From: an uncultured Pseudomonadota bacterium | GTDB lineage: Bacteria > Oederibacteriota > Muellerivitia > Muellerivitales > Muellerivitaceae | DNA: 64,000 nt | Assembly: GCA_963843375.1 (NCBI GenBank) | Contig: CAWJKT010000006.1 | Span: 128,001 to 192,000 of the forward strand | Direction: 5' to 3' | In this document: positions 63,749 to 64,000 of the stretch, piece after piece | Layout: every line of letters begins with the position of its first letter | Numbering within the stretch: position 1 is the first letter of the stretch | Translations under genes and position numbers: made by a program | Notes under the pieces: model-generated | What the model saw: the letters and a program-made list of their open reading frames with translations, nothing else | Database searches by the model: none | Told to the model about the DNA's origin: nothing

Positions 63749-64000
63749 ATGGCGACCGCAAACAGCCAAAAGCTTTTCCCCTATGAACGCTGGAATGCCC
63801 AGTTTCCCGATTTATCCTCCAAATACAAACAGGCGCCGCCCTTTCCCCATATTGTCCTGGATAACTTTTTACGTCCCGAAACCGCCCTGAAGGCCATGCA
63901 GGAGTTCCCGAAAATCCGCGACGCTTCCTGGACCCAATACAAACACTTTAATGAACGAAAAGTCGGGAAATCAAAACGAAGCGAATTTCCGGAGTTTTTA
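63749..64000 (+). CDS. 2OG-Fe(II) oxygenase-like protein, N-terminal part (3' truncated by the window)
   Basis: Open frame MATANSQK...YKQAPPFPHIVLDNFL...EFP...W..Y.HFNERK. Confidence 0.65.
   Translation, partial: MATANSQKLFPYERWNAQFPDLSSKYKQAPPFPHIVLDNFLRPETALKAMQEFPKIRDASWTQYKHFNERKVGKSKRSEFPEFL

Overview
Core-chromosome segment of a bacterium, roughly 50% GC by eye, whose lineage cannot be assigned from the sequence alone. It has DAP-type MurE, a PASTA-containing FtsI, Orn, an OGG1-like glycosylase and a Firmicute-type Arg/Lys/Orn decarboxylase. In order, it contains: a sixA-like fragment, a YbhB/YbcL gene, a 738-aa unknown protein with an internal 135-aa duplication, orn, a GAF-GGDEF cyclase, a speE-decarboxylase operon with a putative leader-peptide attenuator, an O-antigen-ligase-like TPR gene, dnaE, an AbrB/Doc toxin-antitoxin pair, guaBA, ridA, rel, a second ligase-TPR gene plus two tandem GT-C glycosyltransferases, HU, a three-gene two-component locus with a catalytically dead NtrC-like regulator, and a complete dcw cluster (mraZ to ftsZ). 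The dcw cluster has two STAS genes inserted after mraZ, small ORFs bridging several gaps, and a downstream deacetylase-amidase-pgeF extension. The window ends with glpK, a GT2 gene, a GlsB/YeaQ/YmgE gene and a partial 2OG-Fe(II) oxygenase. Many housekeeping genes (guaA, guaB, rel, murD, murG, glpK) carry single-base frameshifts, most likely assembly indel errors. No rRNA, tRNA, CRISPR array or transposase was recognised. All family calls are by motif recognition, not database search.
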